Shown here piece by piece: positions 59,435-64,000 of a stretch of 64,000 bases of DNA (position 1 is its first letter; each line of letters starts with the position of its first letter). The DNA comes from Bacteroidota bacterium (GTDB lineage: Bacteria > Bacteroidota > Bacteroidia > Bacteroidales > UBA12481), in NCBI GenBank assembly GCA_018669475.1, contig JABHCC010000189.1, positions 18,383 to 82,382 on the forward strand, written 5' to 3'. The notes beneath the pieces are model-generated. The model was not told the DNA's origin. It searched no databases and worked only from the letters and a program-made list of their open reading frames with translations. Position numbers and translations under genes: made by a program.

Positions 59435-60899
59435 AAAGAATAACCTGATTATAGTAGCGATCATTGCAGTGTTTGCTTTGATCTCTGTCCTTTTCCATTA
59501 TCCAGTTCAGATCATTGATGCTCTGAGCTCAGAAACAGTTCCGGGTTTTGGGCTTAGAATTACGGTCTGGCGAGTGATCTTTGAACCATTTTTGGGGATA
59601 TTATTGTTTTATCTGAGAGCAGATCAACCAATACTGGAATTCGTGATGTTGTTGATCTGGGTACTGGTATTTTATCTTCTTATCACGGTAACTTTTCGAG
59701 TTCTAAGAAAAGATAATGGCTTGGGTAAAATGGTGTTAAAGAGCCTCTGGATGTGGTTAAAAAATGTGCCCCTGATTGTGAGTCTTTGGCTCGGATTACT
59801 GGTATTGATCATTTTTATTGCTCTTCCTGCCAACACTATTCAGAATGATCGGGAAAATGCTGTTTTGATCAATACCCACAGCCATTCAGAATATAGCCAC
59901 GACGGGATTATTTCTCAGAAGAGGCTTCAGAAGTGGCATGGGAAGCATAACTTCGATGCCTTTTTTATCACGGATCATAATCATCACGAAAAAACTATGG
60001 AGGCTGTGCAAGCCCAGAGAGATGGGAATTTCCCTTCTGAGCCCCTGATTATATGTGGTGAGGAGTTTTCAGGCAGTAACCACATGACTTTGCTTGGGCT
60101 AAAAAGGAATTTTATAACCCGGGGCCTTACTGATCTGCAAGTAATTGATTCTACACATTATGATAATGGGATTGTTATTGTAGCACACTGGTTCGATGGA
60201 GAACGAGAATCTTTACCCTTTTTTATTGACCTGGATGTTGACGGTTTTGAAATTGCGAATCAGGGACCGGAATCAGTTTATGACAAGCGTATTTTTAATA
60301 GTATTGTGGACGCCTGTACAGCCAATGGCTTGATCATGAATGGAGCTGTGGATTATCATGGATACGGAAGCACCTGTTTTACCTGGAACGCTCTTGACAT
60401 TCCTGGATGGAATGATATGGATATGGATCAGAAACAGGAATCCATATTAAATGTTCTGCGCCAAAGGGATATGAGTAAAATTACAGTGCTGATTTATGAT
60501 GATAGAAAAGCATTTAATCCTGAACTGGTTTATTTAAGCCCTGTTTTTTCGATAATTAACTATCTACGAACCTTGAACTTCTTTCAGATTCTTTCCTGGT
60601 TTATTTGGTTGATCATTATTCAAATCATCAGGCTGCGATTTTTTAACAGAAACAGATCTGGGCAAGCAAATTCATCCTCCTTGCAACTTATAGAAATGCT
60701 GACTATTCTCAGCGGTCTTTTCATGTTGATCCTGGGATTGATTCTAATCAACAGGTCTTCTTCTCTGACAGATTACAATGATATTTATTTGGAATATGGA
60801 ACAGCATTGTGTTGGATTGGAGGAGGTGCCCTCACATACTTGGTGATATTAGTAGTTCTTAAAAAAAGACTCAGACGGTTAAAATCAACACATGCGTAA
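59427..60899 (+). CDS. Membrane-embedded PHP-family metallophosphoesterase
   Basis: THSHSEYSHDG, ITDHN, GEE, AH and DYHG, flanked by TM helices on both sides. Confidence 0.8.
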   Translation: MSKKNNLIIVAIIAVFALISVLFHYPVQIIDALSSETVPGFGLRITVWRVIFEPFLGILLFYLRADQPILEFVMLLIWVLVFYLLITVTFRVLRKDNGLGKMVLKSLWMWLKNVPLIVSLWLGLLVLIIFIALPANTIQNDRENAVLINTHSHSEYSHDGIISQKRLQKWHGKHNFDAFFITDHNHHEKTMEAVQAQRDGNFPSEPLIICGEEFSGSNHMTLLGLKRNFITRGLTDLQVIDSTHYDNGIVIVAHWFDGERESLPFFIDLDVDGFEIANQGPESVYDKRIFNSIVDACTANGLIMNGAVDYHGYGSTCFTWNALDIPGWNDMDMDQKQESILNVLRQRDMSKITVLIYDDRKAFNPELVYLSPVFSIINYLRTLNFFQILSWFIWLIIIQIIRLRFFNRNRSGQANSSSLQLIEMLTILSGLFMLILGLILINRSSSLTDYNDIYLEYGTALCWIGGGALTYLVILVVLKKRLRRLKSTHA

Positions 60900-60921
60900 A
60901 GCCTGTGAAAAACAATAAGAG

Positions 60922-62478
60922 ATGAAAAAGTGGTTAATTAGAATAGGTGCTGTAATTATCGGAATTGCTATTCTTATGTGTTTATGGGTAATGTGGAATT
61001 TAAAGGATCGCCATTCCGGATACGAGATTGATTTGACTCTTAAAACCTCGGATCTGCCGGGCAGTTTAAAAGTTGGTTTTGCTGCTCTACCTATAACCCC
61101 CGATATTATTGATACTTGGAACGATGTTAACGATGATGCAGAATACAGTGAAAAAGATGGGGATACCTATAACGACAATAATACTAATGGCAAGTTCGAT
61201 GCATACTGGATAGCAGGCTTCAGCCAGGCCCGGGCAGCCAACGGCGTTCATGATGATGTATGGGCTCGTGTGGTCGTCTTTGATGATGGCGCAAGCAGGT
61301 TTGCTTTGGTTTCACTTGATGCAATTGGATTTCGTCATGATGATGTTGTTGATATCAGAAAAATGATTCCGGATGATGCGGGAATAGATTATGCTATAAT
61401 CTCAAGTACACATACACATGAAAGTAATGATTTGATCGGGATTTGGGGGAAAGGTTGGTTCTCCAGCGGCGTAAACAAGGAGCACATGCAGTATGTGAAG
61501 AAACAGGCTGTCACTGCTATCACTCAGGCTGTGAGTAATTTAAGGCCAGCAAGATTGAGTTTTGCCCAGGATCTTACAGGAGCTGAGGATCTTCTTATGG
61601 ACACCCGGAAGCCTATTGTAACAGATTCGGGACTCCGACTTATACAGGCTATTGATTCCGAAACCAATACTACTCTTGGCGTTTTGCTTGCCTGGGCAAA
61701 TCATCCCGAAACGCTCTGGTCTGACAATCTGTTTATCAGCTCAGATTTCCCGCATTATGTTAGGGAATATATTGAAAATGGAGTGTACGACGGAGATTCA
61801 TTAGTGAGGCCCGGACTCGGCGGTACAGCAGTTTATATTAACGGGGCAATTGGTGGTTTAATGACTACCAGAGGCAGCATGCCGATAAACGATCCGTTTT
61901 CAGATACTGTTTATATTGAACCAACTTTTGATAAAGCAAAAGCTCAGGGACAAAAACTCGCATTATTGGCACTTAATGCCCTGGCTAAACCTGATACTAT
62001 TATTGAGAAAGCAAATATTTCACTTAGAGCTAAAACCTTATTATTGCCATTAGATAATAATATGTTTCGTCTAGCCGCTTCCCTGGGAATCCTGGATTTT
62101 GGGATGAAGGGATGGTTTAAAATACGATCAGAAATTGCTGCATTCTCTTTAGGTCCGGCAAGTTTTCTGTGTATTCCAGGTGAAATCTATCCTGAAATCA
62201 TTAACGGTGGAATTGAAACGCCTGAAGGACAGGATTACAATACAGATATTGTTGAGACACCACCTCTGCGAAACCTAATGCCAGGTGAGTTTAAATTCAT
62301 TATTGGTTTAGCTAATGATGAGATTGGCTATATAATTCCCAAAAGCGAGTGGGATAATGAACAACCGTTTATCTATGATGATGCTGATGATTCTCCATAC
62401 GGGGAAGAAAACTCTATCGGTCCGGAAACAGCCCCAATACTTTACAAAGAGCTAAAGGGGATATTAGGAGAATTGTAG
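60922..62478 (+). CDS. Neutral/alkaline ceramidase-like amidohydrolase, N-terminally anchored
   Basis: IAGF, GVHDDVWAR, STHTHES, NHPE, SSDFP, PGEIYPE and NDEIGYIIP; Asp/Asn-rich insert near the N-terminus. Confidence 0.8.
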   Translation: MKKWLIRIGAVIIGIAILMCLWVMWNLKDRHSGYEIDLTLKTSDLPGSLKVGFAALPITPDIIDTWNDVNDDAEYSEKDGDTYNDNNTNGKFDAYWIAGFSQARAANGVHDDVWARVVVFDDGASRFALVSLDAIGFRHDDVVDIRKMIPDDAGIDYAIISSTHTHESNDLIGIWGKGWFSSGVNKEHMQYVKKQAVTAITQAVSNLRPARLSFAQDLTGAEDLLMDTRKPIVTDSGLRLIQAIDSETNTTLGVLLAWANHPETLWSDNLFISSDFPHYVREYIENGVYDGDSLVRPGLGGTAVYINGAIGGLMTTRGSMPINDPFSDTVYIEPTFDKAKAQGQKLALLALNALAKPDTIIEKANISLRAKTLLLPLDNNMFRLAASLGILDFGMKGWFKIRSEIAAFSLGPASFLCIPGEIYPEIINGGIETPEGQDYNTDIVETPPLRNLMPGEFKFIIGLANDEIGYIIPKSEWDNEQPFIYDDADDSPYGEENSIGPETAPILYKELKGILGEL

Positions 62479-62491
62479 GGTAGCTGTATCC

Positions 62492-64000
62492 TCAAAATTT
62501 CACTCTGGCTTGCAAGGTGATATTCCTTGGTGCCCCTATATCTCCTGGTCTGCCAATATATTCCTTATTAAGCAGGTTTCTTGCTATCAGATTAAATCTG
62601 ATGAACTCATTGATTTTCCATGCTAAGCGCATATCCATAAGAAAGTATCCGGAGTTATTATTCTTCTGGTAATCGGGATATCCGGGAAGGAAGAAATTAC
62701 CAAAGAACCGATCGATAAATACATCGTCAACACTAACCATTCTACTGGAGTATTTTATATTTACACCAAGAAGCAGACGTTTCGTTTCAGCCTCAAAATC
62801 TGCTTTAAAAGCATGCTTGTACCTGTATTTCAGAATGTAATCGTCGGGCTCTAATCCTTCTTCTGTTAATTTGTCAATATCTATGGGATGCATAAAAGTA
62901 TATCCTGAAATAATCCGAAAAACAACCGGGGAGTAAGTTACTTCACCCATAAAGGTGAGTTCAGCTCCTGTGATACGGGCATTTCCAATATTCAGTGCTT
63001 TAAATCCGAGATAGTCGTAGCTGGGATATAAGATCGAATCGGGAGCATACATTCCGAAAGTGTATTCGATCATATTGTTGTATTTGGTCTGGAAAAGTGC
63101 GAGATCGGCATATCCTCTCCACCTCCCCAAGGATAATCCCTGTTTAACTCCAATTTCAGCACTCCATCCCTTTTCGGGATCTAAATCGTGATTCGGAAAT
63201 ATTCTTAAGCCACCAACTTCGGCACTTGCAAATTTCTCGGCAAGTGATGGAAAGCGGTAGCCCTGTCCTAATGAACTTCTTATGAATGTAGCCTTGCCAA
63301 TCCTGTAGTTTAAGCCCATCCGTAACACAGGTAAAGCATTGTAAGACAAGCCATCAAGCATATTCATTTCCCACCTTACTCCCCCGGATAATTTGAATCT
63401 TTCACCTACTCTGGCATCGAGCTGTGAATAGATAGCATAATTTGCTGAGTTATGATTATCAAGCAGTCTGGCCTCAATCTTTGATTTTGTTACAGAGGTT
63501 CCGCTTGACCATACAATCCCGTTTTTAAAATTCTTCTGATATCTGTAATCCGTATAAACGGTTCTTGCATAACTACTTTTGTTTTTATCAAGAGTGGCAT
63601 TTCCAATGGTATATATTCTTGTTTTCAATGAATGTTTACCTCCTTTTGCAGTGATGTATTCTGCGTACGGATCAATGTTGTACCTTAGTCCCAAATAGGG
63701 ATCATAAGATGCAGGATTCTGCCTGTATGCTCCTGAGTCTGCATCCTGCCATAATAAGAAGTTAGATGCATCAACAGACATAATGCTGCTTGATATACCA
63801 GCTATTAAACCCGGCACTTTTTTAAATCGGTATCGCAGATTTAAGTTTCCCCGTCCGCGTTTCTCATACTCCAATTCCCTGTATCCGTTATCCTGAAAGT
63901 AATTACCGCTGATCATCACATCCAGGTTCCCGATTTTCCTGAGGTGCGAGATTGTAGTCCCGGCAAAAACCGGTGAGCTGTCCCACCAGACCAGCTCCTT
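62492..64000 (-). CDS. TonB-dependent receptor (non-SusC type), N-terminus beyond the window
   Basis: Frame is open to the window end; GQGYRFPS, LDPEKGWSAEIG, RNLLNKEY and C-terminal ARVKF. Confidence 0.9.
   Translation of the reverse strand, partial: KELVWWDSSPVFAGTTISHLRKIGNLDVMISGNYFQDNGYRELEYEKRGRGNLNLRYRFKKVPGLIAGISSSIMSVDASNFLLWQDADSGAYRQNPASYDPYLGLRYNIDPYAEYITAKGGKHSLKTRIYTIGNATLDKNKSSYARTVYTDYRYQKNFKNGIVWSSGTSVTKSKIEARLLDNHNSANYAIYSQLDARVGERFKLSGGVRWEMNMLDGLSYNALPVLRMGLNYRIGKATFIRSSLGQGYRFPSLAEKFASAEVGGLRIFPNHDLDPEKGWSAEIGVKQGLSLGRWRGYADLALFQTKYNNMIEYTFGMYAPDSILYPSYDYLGFKALNIGNARITGAELTFMGEVTYSPVVFRIISGYTFMHPIDIDKLTEEGLEPDDYILKYRYKHAFKADFEAETKRLLLGVNIKYSSRMVSVDDVFIDRFFGNFFLPGYPDYQKNNNSGYFLMDMRLAWKINEFIRFNLIARNLLNKEYIGRPGDIGAPRNITLQARVKF

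Noticed and set aside
1..64000. Many short (60-130 aa) ORFs overlapping long genes in other frames or strands
   Set aside because: They are shadow ORFs inside well-supported genes and have no recognisable motifs.
1..64000. CRISPR array, rRNA/tRNA, transposase, integrase or prophage
   Set aside because: No repeat-spacer periodicity or such motifs were seen, and the intergenic gaps are short. A small ncRNA cannot be excluded by eye.

Overview
Gene-dense, AT-rich bacterial DNA of Bacteroidota type (SusC/SusD pair, T9SS cargo protein, many lipoproteins). Almost the whole window is one very large glycan/glycolipid utilisation region of about 42 genes. I found no rRNA, tRNA, CRISPR array or transposase. 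Left end: GH29 fucosidase, a sulfatase-GH29 fusion, an MFS sugar porter and a T9SS protease. From about 7.2 kb: AraC regulator, DHDPS/NAL-family aldolase, two SSS symporters, three non-canonical BNR (sialidase-like) proteins, three ceramidase-like amidohydrolase domains, GH20-like, GH31, three GH92, a CsxA-type GH2, several esterases, a deacetylase, phosphoesterases, a DegT aminotransferase with a Gfo/Idh/MocA dehydrogenase, and a cytoplasmic module (MFS, DHS-fold orphan, HldE-type kinase fused to a HAD domain, ROK kinase, GmhA). Main hypothesis (inference, not shown): this enzyme set matches the bonds of Gram-negative lipid A-core (Kdo, manno-heptose, phosphates, N- and O-acyl chains, GlcN/GlcN3N backbone), so it may be an LPS-scavenging locus with a heptose catabolic pathway. 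The main alternative is sialylated or mannosylated glycosphingolipid/GPI degradation. Also seen: an internally deleted phosphoesterase remnant, a G10 tract in the GH2 gene, and 21-bp-spaced GTTAA repeats in promoter regions. All family calls come from reading motifs by eye; no database search was run.
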